From the NCBI GenBank assembly GCA_035506195.1, contig DATJPV010000028.1, positions 8,711-72,710 of the forward strand: 64,000 nt of DNA. Reading direction: 5' to 3'. Each line of letters opens with the position of its first letter. Position 1 is the stretch's first letter. A program made the translations under genes and the position numbers. Of the stretch, positions 19,863-29,930 are shown one piece after another. The stretch comes from Patescibacteria group bacterium (lineage in GTDB: Bacteria > Omnitrophota > Gorgyraeia > Gygaellales > Profunditerraquicolaceae). Below the pieces are notes generated by a model. That model searched no databases, was not told where the DNA came from, and saw only the letters and a list, made by a program, of their open reading frames with translations.

Positions 19863-20643
19863 CTGTCAGTTTTTTCTGCACCCTCACAATCGAACGGGAC
19901 TTACCGGAATGCTCGTCTACGTCAATGACCACGCCGTGCAGCTGGATATCGCCTTCGGCTACCTCAAATCTGGTAGGTAAAGACGTGATAAAACGCTCCA
20001 GGACATCCTCGGTCCTTCTTCCGATAACGGAGGCGTAAGGGCCGGTCATGCCTGCATCGGTGATATAGGCAGTTCCCTGCGGCAGTATCTTTTCGTCCGC
20101 AGTTTGAATGTGGGTATGGGTGCCCAGCACCGCGGAAACCCTGCCGTCCAGATACCATCCAAGGGCGACCTTTTCGGAGGTGGCCTCGGCATGCACATCA
20201 ACCACAATAACCGGCGTCTGCGGCAGGAGAATCTCTACTGCCTGACGGGCTGCCCGGAAAGGGCATTCCAGCGCTTCCATAAAAACCCTGCCCTGAATAT
20301 TAATGACGCCGACTTTCAGGTTGCCGCCGAGGGAAAATGCACAAAATCCCCTACCAGGCGTGCCGCCGGGAAAATTCGCCGGCCGCAAAATGCGTTCTTC
20401 CTGATCGATGATATCCAGGATATCCCGCTTCTTCCAGATATGATCGCCAGAGGTAAGAACCGAGACGCCCGAAGAGAACAACTCGGACGCCACTTTGGCA
20501 GTAATGCCCGAGCCGCCTGCGGCGTTCTCGGCATTGGCAATGACAAAATCGAGGCCGTATTCGTTTGTAAGCTCTGGCAGGAGCCTATGTATGGCTTGGC
20601 GGCCAGGGTTGCCTACCACATCGCCAATAAAAAGTATCTTCAT
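19846..20643 (-). CDS. ymdB: YmdB-family metallophosphoesterase
   Basis: FIGDVVG, ANAEN, DVHAEATSEK, GTHTH; directly downstream of rny. Confidence 0.9.
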   Translation of the reverse strand: MKILFIGDVVGNPGRQAIHRLLPELTNEYGLDFVIANAENAAGGSGITAKVASELFSSGVSVLTSGDHIWKKRDILDIIDQEERILRPANFPGGTPGRGFCAFSLGGNLKVGVINIQGRVFMEALECPFRAARQAVEILLPQTPVIVVDVHAEATSEKVALGWYLDGRVSAVLGTHTHIQTADEKILPQGTAYITDAGMTGPYASVIGRRTEDVLERFITSLPTRFEVAEGDIQLHGVVIDVDEHSGKSRSIVRVQKKLTDEKLF

Positions 20644-20645
20644 CT

Positions 20646-22202
20646 TTATTTTGCGTATTCGATTGCCCGCATTTCCCTGATGACCGTAACCTTGATCTGG
20701 CCGGGGTATTCCATGCCTTCCTCAATCTTTTTACGGATCTCGCGCGCAAGGCTAATCGCCTCCGCATCGGCAATCTTATCCGGCTGCACGATGATGCGTA
20801 TTTCTCTGCCGGCTTGTATGGCGTAGGACTTCTCAACCCCTTTAAAGAGATTAGCAATGGACTCCAGCTTCTCCAGCCTCTTGATATAGGTTTCCAGGGT
20901 TTCGCGTCGCGCACCCGGCCGGGCAGCGCTGATGGCATCTGCGGCCACTGCCAGGACATCGTAAGGGGTTTTTAATTCTGCCTCTTCATGATGGGCCTCG
21001 ATTGCCGCCACCACAACGGCAGACTCATTATATTTCCTGGCCAGGTCCATCCCGATTTTGGCGTGAGTGCCTTCGACCTGATAATCAACGGCCTTGCCGA
21101 TATCGTGCAAGAGGCCGACGCGACGGGCAATCTTGGTATCCAGCCCTAATTCTGAAGCCATGACCCCCAGCAGAAAGGCGACTTCTTTGGAGTGCTGCAG
21201 GGCGTTTTGGCCGAAACTGGTGCGGTATTTAAGCCTGCCCAAAAGCTTGATCAATTCCGGGTGCAGCCCATCGACGCCGGCTTCAAATGCCGCTTTTTCG
21301 CCTTCCTCGCGGATCTTCTCGTCCATTTCTTTCTTAGTCTTTTCGACGATCTCCTCAATGCGGCCGGGATGGATCCTGCCGTCGGTAATCAACTTTTCCA
21401 GGCTCAAGCGGGCAACCTCTCGCCGCACGGTATCAAAACCGGACAAGGTAACGGCCTCAGGAGTGTCGTCAATGATAACATCGACGCCGGTCGCCATTTC
21501 CAGGGCGCGGATATTCCTACCCTCTCGCCCGATAACCCTACCCTTCATCTCGTCGTTGGGCAAATTCACAACGCTGACCGTCGATTCGACAGTATGCTCC
21601 ACCGCGCACCTCTGAATGGCCAAGCTGATAACTTCCCTGGCCTTCTTATCCGAAGTGCCGCGCAGTTCCTCTTCATACCGCTTAATGTGGATCGCCTTTT
21701 CGGCGTTTAATTCTTCGTTGAGACGGCTGAGTAAAATCTGCCTTGCCTCTTCAATTGACAAGGAAGAAATCTTTTGCAGCCTCTCCTTCTCTTCGGCGAT
21801 AAGGGCATGCAGCTGACCGTCTTTGACCTTTAAGGCGTCCTCCTGCTTCTTGATGTTTTCCTTACCGGCCTCGATTTCTTTTTCCTTCTTTTCCAAAAGA
21901 TCCAGGCGGCGGTCAATGTTTTCCTCTTTCTGGCTTAGCCGCTTTTCCAAATTGGTCAGCTCCTGGCGCCTCTCCTGCGTCTGGCGTTCGAAGTCCTGGC
22001 GCATGTGGTACATCATATCCTTGGCCTCGAGCTCGATCTCCCGACGCCTGTCCTGGGCCTCTTTCTTGGCCTGTTCTATGATATACTTTGCCTTATCCTC
22101 GGCATCCTGGATTTTTTTCTCTGCAACGTACTTGCGCAAAGAATACCCCAGGATTACCGACAACGCAGCGATGAAAATGCAAATTATCACGGTCGGTATC
22201 AC
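20646..22202 (-). CDS. rny: Ribonuclease Y
   Basis: N-terminal TM, coiled coil, KH ([14 protein letters not shown]), HD (LLHDIGK). Confidence 0.95.
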   Translation of the reverse strand: MIPTVIICIFIAALSVILGYSLRKYVAEKKIQDAEDKAKYIIEQAKKEAQDRRREIELEAKDMMYHMRQDFERQTQERRQELTNLEKRLSQKEENIDRRLDLLEKKEKEIEAGKENIKKQEDALKVKDGQLHALIAEEKERLQKISSLSIEEARQILLSRLNEELNAEKAIHIKRYEEELRGTSDKKAREVISLAIQRCAVEHTVESTVSVVNLPNDEMKGRVIGREGRNIRALEMATGVDVIIDDTPEAVTLSGFDTVRREVARLSLEKLITDGRIHPGRIEEIVEKTKKEMDEKIREEGEKAAFEAGVDGLHPELIKLLGRLKYRTSFGQNALQHSKEVAFLLGVMASELGLDTKIARRVGLLHDIGKAVDYQVEGTHAKIGMDLARKYNESAVVVAAIEAHHEEAELKTPYDVLAVAADAISAARPGARRETLETYIKRLEKLESIANLFKGVEKSYAIQAGREIRIIVQPDKIADAEAISLAREIRKKIEEGMEYPGQIKVTVIREMRAIEYAK

Positions 22203-22322
22203 GTTCTGTACCCTCCTTTAGCTTTTGATATGCGTGAGTAAGTGCTTACCTTAACGCTTTTGAAAGGGCGTGGATGATGGAGATGGGCCTGTTGTTACAG
22301 GGGGGCGGCCGATAAGGCGTTG

Positions 22323-22865
22323 TTACGCACAGATAACTTTATCGACACGCGCGTCGGTTGCCACTGTGGGAATATCAGGTAAGATTTGGAAGTCAAAGGC
22401 CAAGCCGATAGAGACCGTTTTCTTGGGGATCTTCTGCAAGAAGCGGTCATAGTAGCCCTTGCCGCGTCCTAAACGGTTGCCGCGCGTATCAAAGGCAATG
22501 CCCGGCACAATAACCAGATCTAAATCCTCTAATCGCATAAACTCTTTAACCGCAGGCTCATACACCCCGTACAAGCCCTTTACCAGCTGCGTGACATCCT
22601 TCATGCGGCAGGGCCGCATGGTTCTGTCTTTCCTGCATACCGGTGCTGCGATTATCTTACCTAATTTTTTTGCATGCGTGATCATTTGACGCGTATCAAC
22701 TTCTCCATCAAAGGTGACGTAAAACATCACCCGTTTTGCCCTCTTAAACAACTGAGTCCTAAACAGTTTAGACTTGATCTGTCCACTTTTTCTGTTTCGG
22801 CTTTCCTCCTCCTGAGTTTTAAGCTTCCCTAAAATTCTATTACGAAGTTGCGTCTTTGTCAACAT
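22323..22865 (-). CDS. ygfA: 5-formyltetrahydrofolate cyclo-ligase
   Basis: DLVIVPGIAFD.RGNRLGRGKGYYDR. Confidence 0.95.
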   Translation of the reverse strand: MLTKTQLRNRILGKLKTQEEESRNRKSGQIKSKLFRTQLFKRAKRVMFYVTFDGEVDTRQMITHAKKLGKIIAAPVCRKDRTMRPCRMKDVTQLVKGLYGVYEPAVKEFMRLEDLDLVIVPGIAFDTRGNRLGRGKGYYDRFLQKIPKKTVSIGLAFDFQILPDIPTVATDARVDKVICA

Positions 22866-23241
22866 GGCTGCCTTGTCGCTTATAGTAATCTTCTATCGCG
22901 GACTTCAGCGCCTCCTCTGCCAGAACCGAGCAGTGCATCTTAACCGGGGGCAGGCCGCCTAAAGCCTCAGCTACCATCTTATTGGTAATCTTCAGGGCCT
23001 CTTCGATGGTCTTACCTTTAACCATCTCCGTAACCATGGAACTGGTGCTGATGGCTGCGCCGCAACCAAAGGTTTTAAAGGTGACGTCCGCGATAACGCC
23101 GCCCTCAATCTTCACATACATCCGCATCACGTCTCCGCAGACCGGATTGCCGACATTGCCGACGCCGTTGGCATCCTTAAGCTCGCCGACGTTTCTCGGA
23201 TGCAGGAAATGATCCATTACTTTATCGCTATACTGTTCCAT
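22840..23241 (-). CDS. iscU: Fe-S cluster scaffold IscU/NifU
   Basis: YSDKVMDHF.HPRNVG, NPVCGD, FGCGAA, PVKMHCS. Confidence 0.9.
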   Translation of the reverse strand: MEQYSDKVMDHFLHPRNVGELKDANGVGNVGNPVCGDVMRMYVKIEGGVIADVTFKTFGCGAAISTSSMVTEMVKGKTIEEALKITNKMVAEALGGLPPVKMHCSVLAEEALKSAIEDYYKRQGSHVDKDATS

Positions 23242-23895
23242 CTAACTTACCATTAAGACCTTGTGCGGTTTTAAGGTCTTTTTAAAGTTTTTCGGGCCCT
23301 GAACTTTCTTCAGCTGGCCGGCTTTTTGTTTCTTGTCCAGCTCGTTGTAGATCAAAACCCAGGCGCAATCCTTGTCTTTGTCTACTTCGCATTTCCCCTT
23401 GTTCATGCCGCCGCAGGGGCCGTTTAAGAGCCCTTTTGCACACAGGGTCACCGGACAAATGCCTGCCGTGATACCCAAAACACAATCCCCGCACGCGGAG
23501 CATTTCTCATAGAAGTTGCCTTGAGCATCCATCACCGCGCCGCAGATACTGTTGCAGCCGGGAAGCACCGCCAGGCCAAAACGCTGGTTGTCTTTCACCG
23601 ACTGGACCCCTAATCCGCAGGCCATAACCACAATCGCTTCAGCTTCACGCGCAGCCTTGCTGTTCTTGGCCAATTCCGTCTTGATCTGTGCGGCAATACA
23701 AGGGGCACCGGGGACGCAAGTTCCGGAAACAACCTTGCCTGCCCCTTCAAGCCGTGCCTTTAAAGCAAGGAGCTCCGGCTGGCCGCCGGTTTTACAGGTA
23801 GCGGCACATTCCCCGCAACCGACCAGCAAGACCCTGGCGTAGCCTTGTAAGCTATCTAGTATCTCTTCAAGGGGTTTCTGCTCTGTAATAATCAT
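23242..23895 (-). CDS. MetV-like methylenetetrahydrofolate reductase Fe-S subunit (MTHFR C-terminal domain protein)
   Basis: GCGECAATC, ACGLG, C..CGDC, ICPVT.CAKGLLNGPCGG, CEV...DCAW. Confidence 0.8.
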   Translation of the reverse strand: MIITEQKPLEEILDSLQGYARVLLVGCGECAATCKTGGQPELLALKARLEGAGKVVSGTCVPGAPCIAAQIKTELAKNSKAAREAEAIVVMACGLGVQSVKDNQRFGLAVLPGCNSICGAVMDAQGNFYEKCSACGDCVLGITAGICPVTLCAKGLLNGPCGGMNKGKCEVDKDKDCAWVLIYNELDKKQKAGQLKKVQGPKNFKKTLKPHKVLMVS

Positions 23896-23938
23896 TCTTA
23901 AAATTTTATCACGCTTTCAGCGTGCGTTCAACCAAAAT

Positions 23939-25990
23939 TTAAGACCAATCCTCATTACGGAAGTATTCTTTCATCATCTCCCAAAGCTTTTCGTCCCTTC
24001 CGGCAAGAGGCGGAAGAACCCCATCGGAATCGACATCAAACCCCGCATCCTGCCCGGGGCTGCTTTCAATCTCGACAAACCTCTTGAGGATATCCCCCTC
24101 TTCCAAGAAGCGGGAGGCCTGGGTAAACACCGAACCGGCCTCTCCGAAATAGCTGCGGCTGGACCGGTCAATGTGGGGCTTGAGCAAGAACAGGTTTTCT
24201 TTGGCCCGGGTCGCTGCCACGTAAAAGAGCCGGCGTTCTTCTTCGATAGACTCCTCTTGCTCCAAAGATAAATACGACGGTAGGTGGCCTTCGGCCAGAT
24301 AGATCACAAAAACCGTATGCCATTCCAACCCTTTCGCCGAATGGATGGTGGAAAGCGTAAGGGAGGAGTCATCTTTGTCTTGCGTGCCGGATTCCACGAC
24401 GCTGCGTTCTGGCGGCTCAAGGGCGATGTCCGATAAAAACTCCTGCAAGGAGTCGTAACGGCCGGCGATGCGTATAAGCGAATCGAGGTCGTTCAAGCGC
24501 TTATCAAAGTCATCGTATTTTTCTTTCAAGAGCGGCTCATACGACCGCAAGAACAAGCGGATCAGCTCCGCAGGGCCCTGCCCCTGAGCGTCTGCCTCTT
24601 TAAGGAGCTCAAGCAGCTGAGCCAATTCCGGGTGCTTCTGAATAAGCCTGTTGTCGATTGGGGCATTCTTTTGCTGCGCCAGGATCGAGCCGATGATCCG
24701 CTCGGCAGTCTTGGGTCCGATCCCGCGCATCAACAGCAGCACCCGATACCAGCTGACCTCGTCAACGGCGTTATAGGCGATGCGCAGGTATGAAATAACG
24801 TCTTTGATGTGTGCAGCTTCAATGAACTTTTGACCGCCGTATTTGACAAACGGGATATTGCGGCTAGCCAGCTCTATTTCCAGGTCGTTGGAGTGCCACC
24901 CGGAACGAAACAGCACTGCAATATTGTTTAATTCAATACCCTCCTCCCGCAATTGAAGTATCTTATCCGCCACATATCTTGACTGGGCATGCTCATCCGC
25001 CGCATCCACATACACCGGCAGACGCAGCCCTCCTTTTTTGGTATACAGGTTTTTCTCAAACTTCTCGCCGGCAAAGCGTATTACCTCGTTGGCCAGGTTT
25101 AAAATCGGCTGCGTGGAACGGTAATTCTCTTCCAGGGTAATGATCTTGGCATCGCTAAAAATCTTTGGGAAATCGATGATGTTCTTAAAATTTGCCCCGC
25201 GAAAGGAATAAATACTCTGCGCATCGTCGCCAACCACCATGATATTCTTGTGCTCAGAGGCCAATAAACAGGCGATAAGCCCCTGAAGTTTATTGGTATC
25301 CTGGTATTCATCCACCATAATGTACCTGTATTTTTGGCACAACTTCAAGCGTACATCGGGGTGCCGGCTCAACAGGGTTTTCAAATACACCAGCAAGTCG
25401 TCGTAATCGACCAAGGCCTTTACCTGCTTATACGCCGCATACTCCTGGCGTATTTTCTCTATCTCCTGCACCCACTGGATGAACTGGGGATACTCTTCAT
25501 ACAACACGGTTTCCAAATCATCGGACTTATTAACGCACTTGGAAATCACTTCAAGCAGGGCCTGTTTTCTGGGGAATCGCTTCTCCGCTTTATGAAACCC
25601 CAGTTGCGTGCGAATCAAATTAACCGTATCCTCGGCATCGGATTGGTCGAGGATCGTGAAGTGGGGAGCCAGCCCCACCAGATACGCGTATTTGCGCAGC
25701 GTCATATGCGCGAATGAATGGAACGTGCCGCCCGCCACATGCTGGCATCTATTGTCCAATAACAGCGAAGCACGGCGCAGCATCTCCTGGGCTGCCTTAC
25801 GGGTAAAGGTAAGCAGCAGGATCTGCCCGGGATTTACCCCCCGTTCGACCAAATAGGCCACCCGGTACACAAGTACCCTGGTTTTGCCGCTGCCTGCGCC
25901 CGCAATCACCAAATACGGCCCTTCCGTTGCCTGCACCGCCGACAACTGCCCTGGATTAAGCTCTTTTTCATAATCGATGGCTTCTTTCAT
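23939..25990 (-). CDS. UvrD/Rep/PcrA-family ATP-dependent DNA helicase
   Basis: AGAGSGKT, DEYQDTN, VGDDAQSIYSFRGA, NYRS, STIHSAKGLEW, EERRLFYVA.TRA. Confidence 0.9.
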   Translation of the reverse strand: MKEAIDYEKELNPGQLSAVQATEGPYLVIAGAGSGKTRVLVYRVAYLVERGVNPGQILLLTFTRKAAQEMLRRASLLLDNRCQHVAGGTFHSFAHMTLRKYAYLVGLAPHFTILDQSDAEDTVNLIRTQLGFHKAEKRFPRKQALLEVISKCVNKSDDLETVLYEEYPQFIQWVQEIEKIRQEYAAYKQVKALVDYDDLLVYLKTLLSRHPDVRLKLCQKYRYIMVDEYQDTNKLQGLIACLLASEHKNIMVVGDDAQSIYSFRGANFKNIIDFPKIFSDAKIITLEENYRSTQPILNLANEVIRFAGEKFEKNLYTKKGGLRLPVYVDAADEHAQSRYVADKILQLREEGIELNNIAVLFRSGWHSNDLEIELASRNIPFVKYGGQKFIEAAHIKDVISYLRIAYNAVDEVSWYRVLLLMRGIGPKTAERIIGSILAQQKNAPIDNRLIQKHPELAQLLELLKEADAQGQGPAELIRLFLRSYEPLLKEKYDDFDKRLNDLDSLIRIAGRYDSLQEFLSDIALEPPERSVVESGTQDKDDSSLTLSTIHSAKGLEWHTVFVIYLAEGHLPSYLSLEQEESIEEERRLFYVAATRAKENLFLLKPHIDRSSRSYFGEAGSVFTQASRFLEEGDILKRFVEIESSPGQDAGFDVDSDGVLPPLAGRDEKLWEMMKEYFRNEDWS

Positions 25991-26190
25991 AAGGGCCTTA
26001 TTATAGCACAGCCGCTCTCTAGGCGATACCTTTTCTTGGCCGGAGCAATTAACGGCTTCGGCAGAAACGAAGCACGGCCCGATTGCTGAATGCCGCGCGA
26101 GACCCCCCCGTCAACTCTCCGGGGCATCTGACAGCGGCACCCCAACGCCAACGGCTCATAACAGACAGGGCATTCCTGCGTCCTTCTCAT
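25987..26190 (-). CDS. Putative small Cys-rich protein (CxxC...CxC)
   Basis: Strong SD AAGGGGGTGG before the ATG; the stop overlaps the helicase start (ATGA). Confidence 0.4.
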   Translation of the reverse strand: MRRTQECPVCYEPLALGCRCQMPRRVDGGVSRGIQQSGRASFLPKPLIAPAKKRYRLESGCAIIRPL

Positions 26191-26306
26191 CTCTACCACC
26201 CCCTTACTTAAGAGAGCCTGGCTATCTGCGCCTTCATGTGCTTGTGTCCATACTCATAATATTTGATGCTTGAGGAAAAGAAAGGTTTCGTTCTCTTAAG
26301 CGGGTT

Positions 26307-27650
26307 TTATTCGCGGGGAGCGTCGGGCTGGTTACGCAGCTTTTCCAGGCGTTGTTTTATCTTAGCCTCATGGCCGATCTCGGTAGGCTCATAATAGGAA
26401 ACGGCCAGACGGGTATATTGCTGCTTTACATGGTGGTCCGCATAGTCGTGCGCATATTTATACCCCTTGCCGCGGCCAAGCGTTGCGGCGCCGGGATAAG
26501 AGGCGTCTTTGAGATGATCGGGAACCTCCTGAACTTTCTTTTGTTCGATGTCTCCCCAGGCCTTATCAATGGCCAGGTATGAGGCGTTTGATTTCGGCGC
26601 ACAGGCAACATAAATGGCGGCCTGTGCCAAGGGAATGCGCGCCTCCGGCATGCCCACAAACTCCGCAACCTGCAGGGCGGCGTTCGCCAGCACCAAGGCC
26701 AGCGGATCGGCATTGCCTACATCCTCGGCGGCAGCGATACAGATTCTACGTGCGACAAAACGCGGGTCCTCCCCGGCATAAAGCATCTTGGCCATCCAAT
26801 AGATCGCGGCATCCGGATCGGAACCGCGCATGGATTTAATGAACGCCGAGGCCGTATCATAGTGCGCGTCTTCATCTTTGTCATAGAGAACGGCTTTCTT
26901 CTGAATCGACTCCGCAGCTGCCGCCAGGTCGAACACGATAGAGCCGTCCCTGGATTTCGGACTGGTCAGTACGCCGACTTCCAGGGCGTTCAATGCCCGC
27001 CGGGCATCGCCTTCGCAGGCCTTGGCCAAGAAAACAAGCGCTTTCTTCTCGGCCTTAACCTTAAGTTCGCCCAGGCCGCGGGTCTTGTCTTTAAGGGCCG
27101 CGGAGAGTATGCGTAGTATTTCCGCCGGTTCCAGGGTCTTTAATTCGAACACCAGAGAGCGCGACAAAAGCGGAGAGACAAGAGAAAAAAACGGATTATG
27201 GACCGTGGCTCCGATGAGAATGGGGTTGCCGTCTTCGACGTCCGGCATCAACACGTCCTGTTGAGCCTTGTTAAACCGATGTATCTCATCGATAAAGAAA
27301 ATGGTTTTCTTACCGGTAGCGGTTTTTCTTTGCTTGGCTTGCGCAATAACCCTGCGCAGCTCTTCTACGTTCGAGGTGGTGGCGTTGATGGCAGCATAGA
27401 ATGCCTTGGTCATGTTCGCGATGCACCAGGCCAGCGATGTTTTGCCGATACCCGGCGGGCCGTATAACACAAGGGAGCTAATGCGGTCAGCCTCTATTGC
27501 CCGACGCAGGAGTTTACCTTTACCCAAGATATGCTCTTGGCCTATAAACTCGTTAAGGCTCGCCGGCCGCATGCGCACCGAAAGAGGTAAGTCTTTTTGT
27601 AACAAGGTGTTACCTTCCTGAGCGAAGAGGTCTATTTTTTCTTTTCTCAT
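26307..27650 (-). CDS. rarA: Replication-associated recombination protein A (MgsA/RarA)
   Basis: RMRP.SL.EFIGQ.H, GPPGIGKT, DEIHRFNKAQQD, SAFIKSMRGSDPDAA, EDVGNADP. The upstream ORF extension overlaps 6S RNA, so the start is set at ATG 27650. Confidence 0.95.
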   Translation of the reverse strand: MRKEKIDLFAQEGNTLLQKDLPLSVRMRPASLNEFIGQEHILGKGKLLRRAIEADRISSLVLYGPPGIGKTSLAWCIANMTKAFYAAINATTSNVEELRRVIAQAKQRKTATGKKTIFFIDEIHRFNKAQQDVLMPDVEDGNPILIGATVHNPFFSLVSPLLSRSLVFELKTLEPAEILRILSAALKDKTRGLGELKVKAEKKALVFLAKACEGDARRALNALEVGVLTSPKSRDGSIVFDLAAAAESIQKKAVLYDKDEDAHYDTASAFIKSMRGSDPDAAIYWMAKMLYAGEDPRFVARRICIAAAEDVGNADPLALVLANAALQVAEFVGMPEARIPLAQAAIYVACAPKSNASYLAIDKAWGDIEQKKVQEVPDHLKDASYPGAATLGRGKGYKYAHDYADHHVKQQYTRLAVSYYEPTEIGHEAKIKQRLEKLRNQPDAPRE

Positions 27651-27668
27651 GTGCGTCTCAATAAAAAA

Positions 27669-27824
27669 ATCCCCGCCTGTGCCGTTGGGGATGATGGTGC
27701 TGAACCGTTTTGGTTTCAGGTGGGTGCTGTCCCTTTGGCGCCTAAGCGCCAACGGAGTCAAAGCTCCCGTGAAATTAGTGTTGGTTCACTAATCATCAAA
27801 TTCCCCAACAAACACTGCAGGGAT
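27669..27824 (-). ncRNA. ssrS: 6S RNA
   Basis: Long irregular hairpin (ATCCCTGC...GCGGGGAT, GTTGGGGA/TCCCCAAC, TGAACC/GGTTCA) with a central bubble and 6S-typical CACGGGAGC...GCACCCACCTG, followed by a T-run; located downstream of pheT. Confidence 0.85.
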
Positions 27825-27846
27825 ATGTAAGACTTGCAGCATAAAA

Positions 27847-27875
27847 AGCATACCACATCCTTGCCCGAAAGTCAA
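27847..27875 (-). promoter_or_regulatory. Sigma70 promoter of 6S RNA
   Basis: TTGACT-17 nt-TATGCT. Confidence 0.65.
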
Positions 27876-27878
27876 CTG

Positions 27879-29927
27879 TTAACGTATCCGGGCCCCCAGC
27901 GCATCGGTGAGCCCCCGAAGGACCTCGGCATGCAGTGCGTTTATTTCTGCATCGGTAAGGGTGCGCTCCGAGGAACGATAGCGACAGGAAACGGTCAGGC
28001 CCTTAAAGCCCGTCTCGATTTGCTTGCCCTTGTAGTAATCGGTGATTTCTGTTGCTTCCAAAAAATTCCCGGCCAGCTTGCGTATCGTTTCTTTGACCTG
28101 GGCGACGGGAATTTCTTCTTTCAAAACCAGGCTTATATCACGCAGGATCTCGGGGTATACCGGCCAAGGAACAAATTTTTTCCCCAGACGCGCCAAAGAA
28201 AAAAGCTTTGCCAGGTCGATTTCCAGAGCAAAGACGTCTTTGTTTTTGATGTCGAATCGCTCCAGGATTTCCCTGCGTATGCGTGTCATCACGCCAACCC
28301 GCAGTCTGCCTATATGCGCTTCTATTATGTCCGGGGCGGCCGTACACACAAAGGCGCATTCCTGCAGCTTGATTCCCAGGCGCTCACAGACGATCTGCAG
28401 TATTCCTTTTACATGCAAAAAACCGGGCGTGTCCTGGACTGCCCCCTCCCCAAGCCACAGAGATCTTCTGCCGCATAATGCTACGCCCAAAAACAGCTCC
28501 TCTTTAAGCGATGGGCCCGCATTGCAAAAGATGTTGGCGATCTCAAAGACGGCTACATATTCCTGTTTTTGATTCAGGTTGCGACCGACGCACCTGATGA
28601 GGCTAGGAAGCAGGGTTGGCCTTAGCACCTCTTGTTCCTTGCTCAAGGGATTCATGATCTCCGGCGCCTGCGCGCTCCCCGGATCAAAACCCTCCAGGAT
28701 GTCCCGGGGGATCAGGCTGTGCGTGATCACCTCGTCGAGCCCTAAGCTGAGGAGAGTGTTCTTTAGCTGTACGACCAGCTCGTGCGGACCGATAACGTCC
28801 GGTTGCGGGATAATCGGCGGCAACGTAGTCGGGATGTTCTCGTAGCCGAATATGCGCGCCACTTCTTCGATGAGGTCCGCTTCCAGGTTTACGTCCGGCC
28901 GGAAAGAAGGCACTTCGACTAAAAAGCTGCCTTTTGTATGTGCCTTAACGCCGAAACCCAGGCTGCTCAGGATCCTCTTTACATGGCCGGCGGAAATATC
29001 TTTTGCGCCGGTGAGCGCATGCACGGCCGCCAGGCTTACTCTGATACGCTTGGCTTTCGCCTCAAGTAAGGGCGACCGTACGCTAACCGTGTTTTTGCCT
29101 CCGGCAACTTCGCGAATCAGCTCTACCGCTAGGAATGACGCGTATTCCGTGCCGGCAATATCTACGCCGCGCTCAAAGCGGTACGCAGAATCGCTCTGCA
29201 AACCAAGGACTCTCTTTCCAAGCCGCACCACTACCGGATTAAAAACGGCGGCCTCCAGCAGGACGTGTTGCGTGCGCTCGTCAACCTCGGTGCCTTTGCC
29301 GCCCATAATCCCGGCAACGGCTACCGGGGCGCTGGTATCGGCAATAACCAATACTTCGCCGGTCAGAGACTTCTGCTGTCCGTCAATAAGCACCAGCTTT
29401 TCGCCTGGCCTTGCCCGGCGCACCACGATGGTATCGGAATTCAATTTATCGAGGTCAAAGGCGTGCAAGGGCTGTCCCCAGGCGAACATGATATAGTTTG
29501 TGGCGTCAACGATATTGTTGATACTGCGACAACCAATGGCCTCCAGCCTCTCCTTGAGCCACGCGGGGGAAGGACCGACATGCACGTCGCGGATGATCCG
29601 GGCGGTATAGACGGGGCAATCTTTTTTGCTTTCGATGCGGATGCGGAATTGTTTCGCGGATGCGCCGGGTGCGATGCGATATGCGGCCCTAGCCGTTACG
29701 GGAACCTTGATCTTCTTATCCGTAAGCGCCGCCACCTCCCGGGCAATGCCGACTACGCTTAACCAGTCAGGCCGGTTTGAGGTAATCTCCACCTCGAACA
29801 CAAAATCATTGCCGACCGGCGTAATCGAACCGACCTCCAGGCCTGCCATGGTCAATATATCCGCCAGCCTTCCGGGCGCGATATGCACTCCTACGAAATC
29901 TTTTAACCAGCTATAGGTGAATTTCAT
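27879..29927 (-). CDS. pheT: Phenylalanine--tRNA ligase beta subunit (short form)
   Basis: EITSNRPD, GQPLHAFD, RFERG, DLIEEVAR..GY, RTLTDAEI. Confidence 0.95.
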   Translation of the reverse strand: MKFTYSWLKDFVGVHIAPGRLADILTMAGLEVGSITPVGNDFVFEVEITSNRPDWLSVVGIAREVAALTDKKIKVPVTARAAYRIAPGASAKQFRIRIESKKDCPVYTARIIRDVHVGPSPAWLKERLEAIGCRSINNIVDATNYIMFAWGQPLHAFDLDKLNSDTIVVRRARPGEKLVLIDGQQKSLTGEVLVIADTSAPVAVAGIMGGKGTEVDERTQHVLLEAAVFNPVVVRLGKRVLGLQSDSAYRFERGVDIAGTEYASFLAVELIREVAGGKNTVSVRSPLLEAKAKRIRVSLAAVHALTGAKDISAGHVKRILSSLGFGVKAHTKGSFLVEVPSFRPDVNLEADLIEEVARIFGYENIPTTLPPIIPQPDVIGPHELVVQLKNTLLSLGLDEVITHSLIPRDILEGFDPGSAQAPEIMNPLSKEQEVLRPTLLPSLIRCVGRNLNQKQEYVAVFEIANIFCNAGPSLKEELFLGVALCGRRSLWLGEGAVQDTPGFLHVKGILQIVCERLGIKLQECAFVCTAAPDIIEAHIGRLRVGVMTRIRREILERFDIKNKDVFALEIDLAKLFSLARLGKKFVPWPVYPEILRDISLVLKEEIPVAQVKETIRKLAGNFLEATEITDYYKGKQIETGFKGLTVSCRYRSSERTLTDAEINALHAEVLRGLTDALGARIR

Positions 29928-29930
29928 CGT

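Noticed and set aside
26101-26150. IS200/IS605 or HEARO-like end (GTCAACTCTCC)
   Set aside because: Only a short partial resemblance; no tnpA, tnpB or iscB nearby.
27651-27761. N-terminal extension of RarA in the ORF track
   Set aside because: It overlaps the 6S RNA; RarA similarity begins after ATG 27650.
27834-29916. Several long + strand ORFs
   Set aside because: Antisense shadows of pheT.
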